Below are positions 1 to 9,584 of a stretch of 64,000 bases of DNA, in pieces. The position numbers were made by a program, and so were the translations under genes. The notes under the pieces were generated by a model. That model worked only from the letters and a program-made list of their open reading frames with translations, was not told where the DNA came from and searched no databases. This DNA is from Candidatus Cloacimonadota bacterium. GTDB taxonomy: Bacteria; Cloacimonadota; Cloacimonadia; Cloacimonadales; TCS61. The stretch is taken from assembly GCA_018400535.1 (NCBI GenBank), contig JAGYMQ010000047.1, positions 4,997-68,996 on the forward strand, given 5' to 3'. Position 1 is the first letter of the stretch. Each line of letters starts with the position of its first letter.

Positions 1-1892
1 CAGACACCATGATAATAATAATAACCATCCACATACTTATTTTTTTCCCAAAAATATAAACTATCACCTATAGAAGTTGAGATAGCAGGTGTAACCAACC
101 AATCTTCACTAATTGATGAAACATTATCATCGTTATGGTAGGCACTGTGAGATGGAGAATGCGACCAATAAGTGGTTTGTTGCCAACCCGAACCTGCGCT
201 TCCCAAAATATATTCGTTCCAACCTGATGGTGGAAAAGAACCTTCAAAATCCTCAAAAAAAGCTGAACGATCTGCGACATAATTGACATTCGCCGAATAG
301 ATCAGATCGATATCTCCCGAATTGGAAACTTGTAAGATCTCATTGTAAGTAGATGTGGTATCAAGAACATTTTCAAAAGATAGATCTGAAAGATCGCAGG
401 TGGGATAGCCTATCAATTCTGTAATCTGAATATCATCTATTAACCAGCCGAATTTCTGTATGCTGGAATTTACCTGTATTCGGAAGCGGATGACAGCAGC
501 CTCGGAAAAATTATATGCAGAAAGATCGAAGATTTCTTCCCGCCACATGGAATTATCGGGAGTCTGATTTTCTGTACCCCACTCTGGATATGCTGTTTCC
601 CAAAAACACTCATTGGTGAAATATTCGGCAGAAATTCCCATATAATCCGAAGCAGACAAGGGCTGCCAATTATATCCAGCATCGGTAGAAATTTCCACAA
701 GACAAGAATCGTGATCAGCTTCAGTTTTGGCGATATGCTGAAATTTTAAATAGGTATTTATTCTCGCTGTGAGATCCATCGTGCAAGTTTGAATGAGAAT
801 ATTAGTATCATTATCTTCATAATTATTCCAGGCAGCAGAATCAGCACTAACAAACAGTGTGTCGTGCATAATCCAATCTGTATCGTTTCCCAAAATAGGA
901 TTTTTAAAATTTTCAAACCCATCATTGAAATCTTCTATTATAGGAAACCCTGAACAAGCAGGATATTGAGTGGTGAAATTCCAAACAGCACTATTTTTTG
1001 TGTGAGGATATTTAATAGCAGATATTTGCCAATAGTAGGTTGTCAGATTTTCCAGATTTCCACCGAGTATATCATTCAAAAGTGTATCAATCGCAGCTCC
1101 TTCATAAATACAGTTTAGTGGTGGATCAATCGTATCGAAATAGACACGTACAGAATCAGTATTCCCACCGTTCGTCCAGCCTAGATCAGTATTCACAGAT
1201 ATTCCGGTTGATTGATGATCGGGTTCCGGGTCGGAAGGAGTTCCGGGAACGCCATTATCAACACCGGTTATTTGAACATCATCGATACAAATGCCATAAC
1301 CGCCGTTGAGATCACCGACGAAGCTTATCTGGTAAGTGCTGCTAGGATTTGGTAAATAGGGTAAATTATCAATTTTATGCCACCAATCATAATTATTTGT
1401 AACAAAGCCAATTTCATGCCAGGAGTCATTTTCTGAAGTTCTATATTGGATACTGGTATAGTCTTGATTGATACTCCATTGTTCCTGATAAATCCAAAAT
1501 GTTAAATCAGGTTGTGAGGTAAAATTTCCAAAATCAATGGGTGGTGAGATCAATCTGGTTTCATATCCTCCACTGCCCCAATAATGATAAAGGCAGGCAT
1601 TAGTTGCTCCAGAATGTGAATTGGAAGGTTGTCCGCTACCATTTCCTTGCATAAACAACCACAATTCTGAGCCTGAAATGATTTCCTGCGTCCAGCCTGG
1701 TGGTGGTTCTCCTCCATGATCGAAATGTTCAAAAAAAACGACTTCATCTCTTTCTTCTTCGTAATTGATCTGTGAAGTTTCGTTGACGACGGTTTTGTTT
1801 CCTTCTTCTGTTTTGTTATTGGGTTTATCAGCGAAAAGTTGTAAGGGAATAAAGACTAATAAAAACAAAATAATTAAATCATTTCTATTCAT
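1..1892 (-). CDS. Large secreted/surface protein with repeated cleaved-adhesin/MAM-like domains and an FN3-like module; partial, runs off the left edge
   Basis: Not in the ORF track because it has no stop in the window. Translated by hand: AGGAGG RBS, ATG at 1892, signal peptide MNRNDLIILFLLVFIPLQLFA, open for 630 codons. Motifs: FFEHFD..PPPGW / FFEDFEGSFPPSGW, RLISP / DWLVTP, GICIDDVQI / GWLIDDIQI, TTYYWQI..VWNFTT. Confidence 0.85.
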   Translation of the reverse strand, partial: MNRNDLIILFLLVFIPLQLFADKPNNKTEEGNKTVVNETSQINYEEERDEVVFFEHFDHGGEPPPGWTQEIISGSELWLFMQGNGSGQPSNSHSGATNACLYHYWGSGGYETRLISPPIDFGNFTSQPDLTFWIYQEQWSINQDYTSIQYRTSENDSWHEIGFVTNNYDWWHKIDNLPYLPNPSSTYQISFVGDLNGGYGICIDDVQITGVDNGVPGTPSDPEPDHQSTGISVNTDLGWTNGGNTDSVRVYFDTIDPPLNCIYEGAAIDTLLNDILGGNLENLTTYYWQISAIKYPHTKNSAVWNFTTQYPACSGFPIIEDFNDGFENFKNPILGNDTDWIMHDTLFVSADSAAWNNYEDNDTNILIQTCTMDLTARINTYLKFQHIAKTEADHDSCLVEISTDAGYNWQPLSASDYMGISAEYFTNECFWETAYPEWGTENQTPDNSMWREEIFDLSAYNFSEAAVIRFRIQVNSSIQKFGWLIDDIQITELIGYPTCDLSDLSFENVLDTTSTYNEILQVSNSGDIDLIYSANVNYVADRSAFFEDFEGSFPPSGWNEYILGSAGSGWQQTTYWSHSPSHSAYHNDDNVSSISEDWLVTPAISTSIGDSLYFWEKNKYVDGYYYYHGV

Positions 1893-1990
1893 TGTTGCCT
1901 CCTTATAAAAATATTTTCAATACATCTGCCTGAAAACATAATTTCAAAAAAAATGCAATAAAAAAATTCAATATCCATCATTTTTATCAA

Positions 1991-2467
1991 TCAATTTTCC
2001 TGATATTTGTTTGCCCGTAATCTTCGGAGAGCTTTTTCTTTCAGCTGTCGCACTCTTTCATACCGAAGTTGCATTTTATCAGCAATTTCGTTCAAGGTCA
2101 GCTCTTCGTGAAAAAGATATTCGAGTATTTCTTTTTCTAGAATTGGAAAATCTGATGGGATCTCTAGTTTTTCATCTTTTTTTGTTGGAAATGAATGATC
2201 GGCAACAGTTTCTTCGACGAGGTGAACAGAATTTAATGATTGTTTCTTCTCGTGATTCACAGCTTCGAATATTCTTTTTTTTATCCAGAAAGTAGCATAA
2301 GTGGAAAATTTGGTTTCCTTTTTTGGATCAAATCTTTCCAGGGCTTGAAGCAAGCCTAATATCCCTTCCTGTATCAAATCTTCTTGCGGAATTGTGCTGT
2401 TAAAAAATTTTGCGGCGATCTTTTTGATCAGACCAATATTCTTTTCGATGATCTTCTCTTTATTCAT
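1991..2467 (-). CDS. Small sigma-70 family RNA polymerase sigma factor (regions 2 and 4 only)
   Basis: Region 2 DLIQEGILGLLQALERFDP..KFSTYATFWIK; region 4 LTLNEIADKMQLRYERVRQLKEKALRRLR; 158 aa. Confidence 0.85.
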   Translation of the reverse strand: MNKEKIIEKNIGLIKKIAAKFFNSTIPQEDLIQEGILGLLQALERFDPKKETKFSTYATFWIKKRIFEAVNHEKKQSLNSVHLVEETVADHSFPTKKDEKLEIPSDFPILEKEILEYLFHEELTLNEIADKMQLRYERVRQLKEKALRRLRANKYQEN

Positions 2468-3791
2468 CGATCCTGCTTGGTAAATAGATCATGAATCTTG
2501 TTCCAATACCAGTTTCGCTTTCCACTTTGATCTTGCCGTTATGCAGGTTAACAATGTGTTTCACGATCGAAAGTCCTAATCCTGTTCCGCCAAGTTTCCG
2601 TGATCTTGATTTATCTACAACATAGAATCTTTCAAATAATCGGGGAAGGTGTTTTTCTGCAATTCCTGAGCCTGAATCGCTGATCTGAAAAACGATATTA
2701 TCTTTTTGCGAATAGATTTTGATCTGGATAAATCCGCGATTAGTATATTTGATCGCATTATCGATAATATTGATGAGCGCTTGTTCCAATTTGAATCTAT
2801 CGGCACGAAATTTTCCAGTGCCTGATGCGATCTTATATTCGAATTGCAACTTTTTTTCTTCGATTTTGTGATAAAAAATTTGAGAAATATTTTGTAACAG
2901 GTCTTCTGGATCTATCAATTCCCATTCCAATTCTCGGTAATGTTCCAAACGCGAAAGTGATAGCAGATCACTCACAATATTTATCAGTCGATCGACATTG
3001 CGTTTGATCACGATCAGATAATCGCTAAATTTTTCGTCAGTTTCATCTTCCAAAATTTCCAGATATCCCTTGATCGAAGTGAGTGGCGTGCGCAATTCAT
3101 GTGAAACATTGAGCACAAAATCTTTTTTAATGATCTCAACTTTTTTCAATTCAGTGATCTCGGAAAGAATAAAAACTGTTTGTTCAGGAAATTTTGAATG
3201 GGAAGCACTGGCGATATAAAATTTATTTTGAAAATTGATTTCAGTAGTCTTCGAGCTGGGATTTTGATACGTCTCGTCAATAAGATCATAGAGAGCTTTG
3301 ATCTTTACGACGTGCCAGAAATATTTTCCTTTGATCTCTGTGCTATCGATGAGATCAGCAAAACTTTGATTGTAGGAAGTGATCACGCCTTTATCGTTTT
3401 GGATCCAGATCGCATCTTGCACAGATTCGATGATCGTGTTGAATCCTTCTTTTTGTTCAGAAAGTTTTGCCTCGTATTTTTTCAATCTAACAATGATCTT
3501 TTGCAGATTGATGAATGGTTTCTTCAGTCTTTCATCGGCAGGCAATTCGACATTTTCATAAATCTGTTGTGAAGTTTTTTCTAACATTTTTTCCAGATTG
3601 GAAATTTGTTTTGTGATGCGATAGATAAAAAATCCTGCCAGTAAAAAGATCCACAAGATCATCAGAGAAAAAATGAAGATAGAAGATAATGAAAAAAGCT
3701 GATAACCGATCAAAAGCGAGATTAAAACGCCTTGAATAAAAAAGAGAAAAGCAAAAAGCCAGAAAGCTCGATGGAAATTCTTATCTCTCAA
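2460..3791 (-). CDS. phoR: PhoR-like PAS sensor histidine kinase
   Basis: Two N-terminal TM helices, PAS, DFVLNVSHELRTPLTSIKGY, NAIKY, DSGSGI, FERFYVVDKSRSRKLGGTGLGLSIVKH. Likely TTG start at 3791 overlapping the regulator stop (ORF track start 3815). Confidence 0.8.
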   Translation of the reverse strand: MRDKNFHRAFWLFAFLFFIQGVLISLLIGYQLFSLSSIFIFSLMILWIFLLAGFFIYRITKQISNLEKMLEKTSQQIYENVELPADERLKKPFINLQKIIVRLKKYEAKLSEQKEGFNTIIESVQDAIWIQNDKGVITSYNQSFADLIDSTEIKGKYFWHVVKIKALYDLIDETYQNPSSKTTEINFQNKFYIASASHSKFPEQTVFILSEITELKKVEIIKKDFVLNVSHELRTPLTSIKGYLEILEDETDEKFSDYLIVIKRNVDRLINIVSDLLSLSRLEHYRELEWELIDPEDLLQNISQIFYHKIEEKKLQFEYKIASGTGKFRADRFKLEQALINIIDNAIKYTNRGFIQIKIYSQKDNIVFQISDSGSGIAEKHLPRLFERFYVVDKSRSRKLGGTGLGLSIVKHIVNLHNGKIKVESETGIGTRFMIYLPSRIDE

Positions 3792-4458
3792 ATTTATATC
3801 CAACACCTCGCACATTCTTGATCAATTTTCCCGCTTTGCCCAATTTTTCGCGTAAATTGCGGACATGAACATCAACGGTGCGATCCAAGACAATTTTTTC
3901 ATTTCCCCACAAATGATCCAGAATCTGATTACGAGAATAAACCCAGCCGATGCGTTTCGTCAAAAGTTCTAACAATTTAAATTCCGTCGTTGTCAGATCA
4001 ATCTTGCGAAATTCACTCCAGACTTCATATTTGGGAAAATTGATCTTCAATAAATTTCCAATTTCCAAAATATCCTGATCTTGAACAAGCCCACGCCGAA
4101 GAACTGCTTTGACGCGAGCAACCAATTCACGCGGAGAAAAGGGTTTCACGACATAATCATCAGCGCCGAATTCCAATCCGAGAATCCGATCCATTTCTTC
4201 GCCCTTTGCGGTGAGCATGATGACCGGTATGGGATTTGTTCTTTCATTTTTTTTTAATTCCTTGCAGATATCAAAGCCATCTGCGTCAGGCAACATTAGA
4301 TCGAGGATTAGAAGATCTGGAAGTTCTTGCACAAGAAATTTTTTCAGCTCTGCAGCAGTTTCAAATTTGATCGCATTGAAACCCGCTTTTTCCAGATTTA
4401 TCGAAACCAGATTTAAAATATCGGTCTCGTCATCGACAATTGCAATTGTTTTTTTCAT
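3781..4458 (-). CDS. phoB: OmpR/PhoB family response regulator
   Basis: REC (IVDDE, DLMLP, KPFS) plus winged helix (RTVDVHVRNLREKL, VRGVGY); adjacent to the PhoR-like kinase. Confidence 0.8.
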   Translation of the reverse strand: MKKTIAIVDDETDILNLVSINLEKAGFNAIKFETAAELKKFLVQELPDLLILDLMLPDADGFDICKELKKNERTNPIPVIMLTAKGEEMDRILGLEFGADDYVVKPFSPRELVARVKAVLRRGLVQDQDILEIGNLLKINFPKYEVWSEFRKIDLTTTEFKLLELLTKRIGWVYSRNQILDHLWGNEKIVLDRTVDVHVRNLREKLGKAGKLIKNVRGVGYKFER

Positions 4459-6131
4459 TTTTTATTTCTTTTCTGGATTTTTTTCCAGACATCACGCAGC
4501 GTGACTGTGCGATTAAAAACTGGATGCTCTGCGGTTGAATCGTCATCTTTGCAAAAATAGCCAAGTCTTTCAAATTGAACTTTCGTCTGGACAGGAAGAT
4601 TTTTAGTGCATAATTCCAATTTGCAATTTTTCAGTATCTTCAATGAATTGGGATTGATCGAATCTGTGATATCTTCTTCAGCAGCTGGATTTGGAACTTC
4701 AAACAAATTTTCATAAAGACGAATTTCAGTATCGATGGCAAATCTCGCCGAGACCCAATGCAGCGTAGCTTTCACTTTTCTACCATCAGGTGATCTTCCA
4801 CCGCGAGAGGGTGGATCAATCGTGCAATGCAGCTCTTTGATCTCGCCAGTTATTTTATCTTTTATCACTTTTTCACATTTCATAAAATAGGCATAACGCA
4901 AGCGAACTTCTCGACCGGGAGCAAGACGGAAAAATTTTTTGGGAGGATTTTCCATAAAATCAGTTCTTTCGATGTAAATTTCCTTTGTGAAAGGTATCGT
5001 GCGCTTTCCAGCTGTTTCGTCTTCAGGATTATTTATCGCTTCCAGATCATCTACTTCTTCTTCAGGAAAATTATCAATTATTACTTTCAAGGGACGCAAA
5101 ACTCCCATAACTCGATTTGCTCTTTTATTCAAATCCTCGCGGATCGTGTGTTCTAAAAGTGCCATATCGACGATGCTTTCTCTTTTCGCCAAGCCGATCT
5201 TTTCACAAAAATTACGAATGGATTCTGGCGTGTAACCTCGTCGGCGTAATCCAGAGATCGTAGGCAGACGTGGATCATCCCAACCGGAAACGATGTTTTC
5301 TGCTATGAGCCGAGAAAGCAGACGTTTGCTCATTACGGTGTAATTCAAATTAAGTCGGGCAAATTCGATCTGCTGCGGATGATGGATGTTTAGATTTTCC
5401 AGAAACCAATCATAAAGCGGTCGATTATTTTCAAATTCTATCGAGCACAGCGAGTGCGTGATGCCCTCAAGAGAATCTTCCAGACAATGAGCAAAATCAT
5501 ACATTGGATAAATATTCCATTCATTTTCGGTGCGATGATGAGCTTTCTTTTTGATGCGATACATTAGCGGATCTCTCATCAACATATTTGGTGAGCTCAT
5601 ATCGATCTTGGCACGCAGAACATGCTCTCCTTCCTCAAATTCACCGTTCTTCATTCTTTCCAGAAGGTTTAGATTTTCCTCCGCACTGCGGTTTCGATAA
5701 GGACTTGGTTTTCCTGATTCTTTCACTGTGCCACGATTTTCCCTGATCTCTGCTGGCGATTGACTATCGACATAAGCTTTGCCACTGCGGATCAATTCTT
5801 TGGCAAATTCATACATTTGCGGGAAATAATCAGAAGCAAAATATAATCGATCTTCCCAATCATAGCCAAGCCATTTAATATCTTTTTGGATGGAATGTAC
5901 GAATTCTTCTTCTTCTTTGGCCGGATTTGTATCGTCGAAACGTAAATTACATAGCCCATCATAATCTTCGGCGATGCCAAAATTCAAGCAGATCGATTTG
6001 GCGTGTCCGATGTGCAGATAACCGTTTGGTTCAGGTGGAAATCTGGTGTGGACTTTGCCATCGAATCTTCCAGTTCGATTATGTTCATCAATGATATTAC
6101 GGATAAAATTAGTTTTTTCTTTATTTTCCAT
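4455..6131 (-). CDS. glnS: Glutamine--tRNA ligase
   Basis: TRFPPEPNGYLHIGHAKS (HIGH), VMSKR, GWDDPRLPT, RLAPGREVRLRYAY, QFERLGYF. Confidence 0.95.
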   Translation of the reverse strand: MENKEKTNFIRNIIDEHNRTGRFDGKVHTRFPPEPNGYLHIGHAKSICLNFGIAEDYDGLCNLRFDDTNPAKEEEEFVHSIQKDIKWLGYDWEDRLYFASDYFPQMYEFAKELIRSGKAYVDSQSPAEIRENRGTVKESGKPSPYRNRSAEENLNLLERMKNGEFEEGEHVLRAKIDMSSPNMLMRDPLMYRIKKKAHHRTENEWNIYPMYDFAHCLEDSLEGITHSLCSIEFENNRPLYDWFLENLNIHHPQQIEFARLNLNYTVMSKRLLSRLIAENIVSGWDDPRLPTISGLRRRGYTPESIRNFCEKIGLAKRESIVDMALLEHTIREDLNKRANRVMGVLRPLKVIIDNFPEEEVDDLEAINNPEDETAGKRTIPFTKEIYIERTDFMENPPKKFFRLAPGREVRLRYAYFMKCEKVIKDKITGEIKELHCTIDPPSRGGRSPDGRKVKATLHWVSARFAIDTEIRLYENLFEVPNPAAEEDITDSINPNSLKILKNCKLELCTKNLPVQTKVQFERLGYFCKDDDSTAEHPVFNRTVTLRDVWKKIQKRNKK

Positions 6132-6140
6132 AAATACTCC

Positions 6141-7244
6141 TCAAAAAAATTTATTTAAGCGATTATATATTTCGATCAGAATTAATTGGGGATTGATATG
6201 TCCCAAAAGCTTCAGTTTCATTTTTTCCAAAAATTCTGTCAGCATCGAAGCTTGATCTCCGATCTGTGGATTCTTCTTATAAAATTTCATCAATAATTTT
6301 TTCTGGTCAACGTTCACGATCTTTTCTGGATCGCTTTGCAAATATACGATATCACCGATCCAGATCATCAATAACGAGATCATTTCGTTGATTAGCTTTT
6401 GATCCTTTTGTGAACGATAATGATCTACAAAGCTAATAAATTTTAGATCATCATGCTCGATGATCATTTGTAACAAATTCAGGAAATTATCTCGTGATTC
6501 CAGATTTTTATCTTGTGCCAACCGTAATGCCTTAGCCATATTTCCGTTTGCAATCCGTGCAAAAAGCTTTGCATCGTATTCATTGACGGCGGTTTTTTCC
6601 AATAGATTTTCGATGATCATCTCGCTGGAAATAGGCAGGAAGGGAATTTTTTGACAACGTGAAATGATCGTTGGTAAGAGAACATTTGGTTTTTTTGTTG
6701 TGAGAATAATGATCGTATCGGCAGGTGGTTCTTCCAGAGTTTTCAAAAAAGCATTGGCAGCTTCTCTATTTATCAAATCAGCATCTTCGATGATATAGAC
6801 TTTTTTTAATCCTTCATTTGGAGAAAGCATTATTCTGTGTTCCAACATTCTGATGCTATCAATTCTGATCTCAATATTCTGAGAAAAAAAGAATTCTCGC
6901 CAGGGAGTATTTTTTTTATTTTCGAGATAAGCTTCATATTCGTGCAACACTTTTTCAGATTTGACTTCACCATCGATCGAGATATTCAATTTTGGTGTCG
7001 GAAAAATATACATCAGATCGGGATGAGAAAAGTTCAAAAATTTTTTGCAGGAAGGACAAAATCCGCAAGGGCGTTTTTCCAGCGTGGCATGACAATTGAT
7101 CATCATTCCGAAATAGAGAGCAGTGGTAAATTTTCCCACACCTTCTGGACCATAAAAAAGATAGCTATTTGCCAGCTTGTCATTTTTCACGGCATTACGC
7201 AAAAGAGCTATCGCACGGTCTTGTCCTTTGATTTTTGAGAACAT
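6141..7244 (-). CDS. holB: DNA polymerase III subunit delta-prime
   Basis: YLFYGPEGVGK, Cys cluster PCGFCPSC, HPD, AANAFLKTLEEPP, LLPTIISRC. Confidence 0.9.
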   Translation of the reverse strand: MFSKIKGQDRAIALLRNAVKNDKLANSYLFYGPEGVGKFTTALYFGMMINCHATLEKRPCGFCPSCKKFLNFSHPDLMYIFPTPKLNISIDGEVKSEKVLHEYEAYLENKKNTPWREFFFSQNIEIRIDSIRMLEHRIMLSPNEGLKKVYIIEDADLINREAANAFLKTLEEPPADTIIILTTKKPNVLLPTIISRCQKIPFLPISSEMIIENLLEKTAVNEYDAKLFARIANGNMAKALRLAQDKNLESRDNFLNLLQMIIEHDDLKFISFVDHYRSQKDQKLINEMISLLMIWIGDIVYLQSDPEKIVNVDQKKLLMKFYKKNPQIGDQASMLTEFLEKMKLKLLGHINPQLILIEIYNRLNKFF

Positions 7245-7811
7245 TTAGAATTCCAGATTTTCTTTGATGAAAATGCTATCAAACTCACTGGCGATAGCAT
7301 CCATCAAAATCTCATCATATTTTTTTCCGGCCAAAATCATCGCTTCTCTTCGTTTTCCAATGATCTTGAAACCTGCTTTTTGATATGCTTTGATCGCCCG
7401 TTTATTGAAATCAAAGACTTCTAACATTATATTATGTAAATTTAAAATGTTAAAGCCGAAATCGAGAATTAATTTTGTCGCTTCTGTGCCGAAGCCTCTA
7501 TTCCAATATTTTTTGTTTCCGATCAAGATTCCAAACATTGCTTTGCGATTGCGATGATTCACGTCGAAAAGACTGCAATTGCCGATCAATTCATCGTTTT
7601 GGAGATCAACGATCGAAAAAATGTAATTACCTGTTTCTTGCAACTGCTCGAGAATATTGCGTTCGCTTTGCAACGATAATTGTTGGCGAAAAAGCAGCGT
7701 ATATTTCGTCACTTCCAGATCATTCAACCACTCACAATATTTTTCTGCATCTTGGAGAGAAATCGGTGAAAGATAACATTTTTTGCCGATCAGCTTTTTA
7801 TAATATTTCAT
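7245..7811 (-). CDS. GNAT acetyltransferase, RimJ/RimL type
   Basis: YWNRGFGTEA, LNLHNIMLEVFDFNKRAIKAYQKAGF. Confidence 0.85.
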   Translation of the reverse strand: MKYYKKLIGKKCYLSPISLQDAEKYCEWLNDLEVTKYTLLFRQQLSLQSERNILEQLQETGNYIFSIVDLQNDELIGNCSLFDVNHRNRKAMFGILIGNKKYWNRGFGTEATKLILDFGFNILNLHNIMLEVFDFNKRAIKAYQKAGFKIIGKRREAMILAGKKYDEILMDAIASEFDSIFIKENLEF

Positions 7812-7818
7812 CAGGAAT

Positions 7819-9258
7819 TCACTTTTCCTTTATCTGCTTTTCCAATCTTTGCAAAACTTTTTCTTTTCCCAGAATATCAATGATCGTAGGTAGTTCAGGT
7901 CCGTGTGGTTTTCCATAAAGAGCAATTCGTAAAGGTGGATAAAGATGTTTTCCTTTGATACCGAGTTCTTTGCCAGAGCGCTTCAGCAGTTTGTTGATCA
8001 AATTTTCATCGATCGTTTTTGCTGATTGAATATTCTCCAACCAAAATTTTAGTAAAATTTGTGAATTATCTGTTCGCAGGATTTTTCGATCATTTTCAGA
8101 AATTTCTAATCCTTTAAAAAAAGGTGCTGCAAAAGCGCTGATCTCGTCCAGAGTCGTGATTCGTTGTCTTGCCACTTCGACCAATTCCTTTAGATGTTCA
8201 GTTTTTTCCAAATGATAACCAGCTTCTTGGAAAAAGGTCTTAGCACGTTTTGCGATCTCATCAATATCAAGTTTGTGAAGGTATTGCTTGTTCATCCAAT
8301 TCAATTTATCCAGATCAAACACAGCTCCTGATTTGTTCAAACGTTTCAGAGAAAAATCTTTGATCAGTTCATTCAGATCATAAATTTCCTTATTTCCTTT
8401 GGCGTGCCAACCCAGCAGTGCTACAAAATTGATCAGCGTTTCTTTGAGATAACCTTTTTTAAGAAAATCTTCAACTGCTACATCTCCCTGTCTTTTGCTC
8501 AATTTACTTTTATCGGAATTCAACAACAGCGGTAAATGGCACATTTTCGATGGTTTCCAGCCAAAAGCATCATACAGAAAAAGATGTTTGGGAACGCTGG
8601 AAAGCCATTCTTCGCCACGAATGACATGCGTGATCCGCATCAAATGATCATCAACAACATTTGCCAGATGGTAGGTTGGAAAACCGTCGGATTTCAATAA
8701 AACTTGATCATCAACCATTTTCCAGGGAATTGACACCTTATCCCGCACCAGATCATAAAAAGTGCATTCTCCATTTTTTGGAACTTTCAGACGAACCACA
8801 TATTTTTCACCGTTTGCGATCCGTTCTTCAGCTTCTTTTGTACTGAGATCTCGACAGCGTCCGTCATAATGAAAATCTTCACCACGCTTTTTTTGTTGTT
8901 CACGCATTTTTTGCAGATCTTCTTTCGTGCAAAAGCAAGGATATGCCGCATCTTTTGCGATCAATTCATCGACGTATTTACGGTAGATGTCGGTTCTTTC
9001 AGACTGGAAATAAGGACCGAATTCTCCACCGTTCTGCGGTCCTTCATCAAAATCTATATTCAAGGACTGCAAGGTTTTCAAAAGATTTTCCACAGCATCT
9101 TTCACAAATCGATTCTGGTCAGTATCTTCGATACGAAGAATGAATTTCCCGCCTGTTTTACGGGCATAAAGATAATTATATAAAGCAGTTCTTAAACTGC
9201 CAACGTGCAAATAACCTGTCGGACTTGGTGCGAATCTAACTCTGATCTCATTACTCAT
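7819..9258 (-). CDS. gltX: Glutamate--tRNA ligase
   Basis: RVRFAPSPTGYLHVG, LRIEDTD, PTYHLANVVDD, KLSKR. Confidence 0.95.
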   Translation of the reverse strand: MSNEIRVRFAPSPTGYLHVGSLRTALYNYLYARKTGGKFILRIEDTDQNRFVKDAVENLLKTLQSLNIDFDEGPQNGGEFGPYFQSERTDIYRKYVDELIAKDAAYPCFCTKEDLQKMREQQKKRGEDFHYDGRCRDLSTKEAEERIANGEKYVVRLKVPKNGECTFYDLVRDKVSIPWKMVDDQVLLKSDGFPTYHLANVVDDHLMRITHVIRGEEWLSSVPKHLFLYDAFGWKPSKMCHLPLLLNSDKSKLSKRQGDVAVEDFLKKGYLKETLINFVALLGWHAKGNKEIYDLNELIKDFSLKRLNKSGAVFDLDKLNWMNKQYLHKLDIDEIAKRAKTFFQEAGYHLEKTEHLKELVEVARQRITTLDEISAFAAPFFKGLEISENDRKILRTDNSQILLKFWLENIQSAKTIDENLINKLLKRSGKELGIKGKHLYPPLRIALYGKPHGPELPTIIDILGKEKVLQRLEKQIKEK

Positions 9259-9584
9259 TATTTCTCCCTGAATTTTTTTTCAAAAAATTTCCCTTTGTCT
9301 GAATGTCAACTTTTAAAATCATTAGCTGATATAAGCAAAAAATTCTAAATATTTTCGTTAGTATGATCAAATTGGTTTTTTAGGAGTTCAAAGATTGGAC
9401 TTTCTGATAAATAATTTTCAGTCAACACGTTACAAACCAAAAAATTTCGATCTTGGCACTTATCGAATTTTTCAACTCAATAAATCTCTTTCTGAGAAAA
9501 CCACAACAAAACTCGAAAAACACTTTTTTCATTTGACACAATCAGGCATAATTTCAGAAAAGCAAAAAAATTGAGAAAAAAAGC

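Noticed and set aside
68..1747. Short ORF-track calls 68-289, 470-700, 1040-1309 and 1550-1747
   Set aside because: They are alternative-frame or antisense shadows of the long minus-strand CDS at 1-1892.
9454..9470. TGGCAC as a sigma-54 -24 element upstream of the M23 gene
   Set aside because: There is no TTGC at the required -12 spacing, and a TTGACA element lies closer to the gene.
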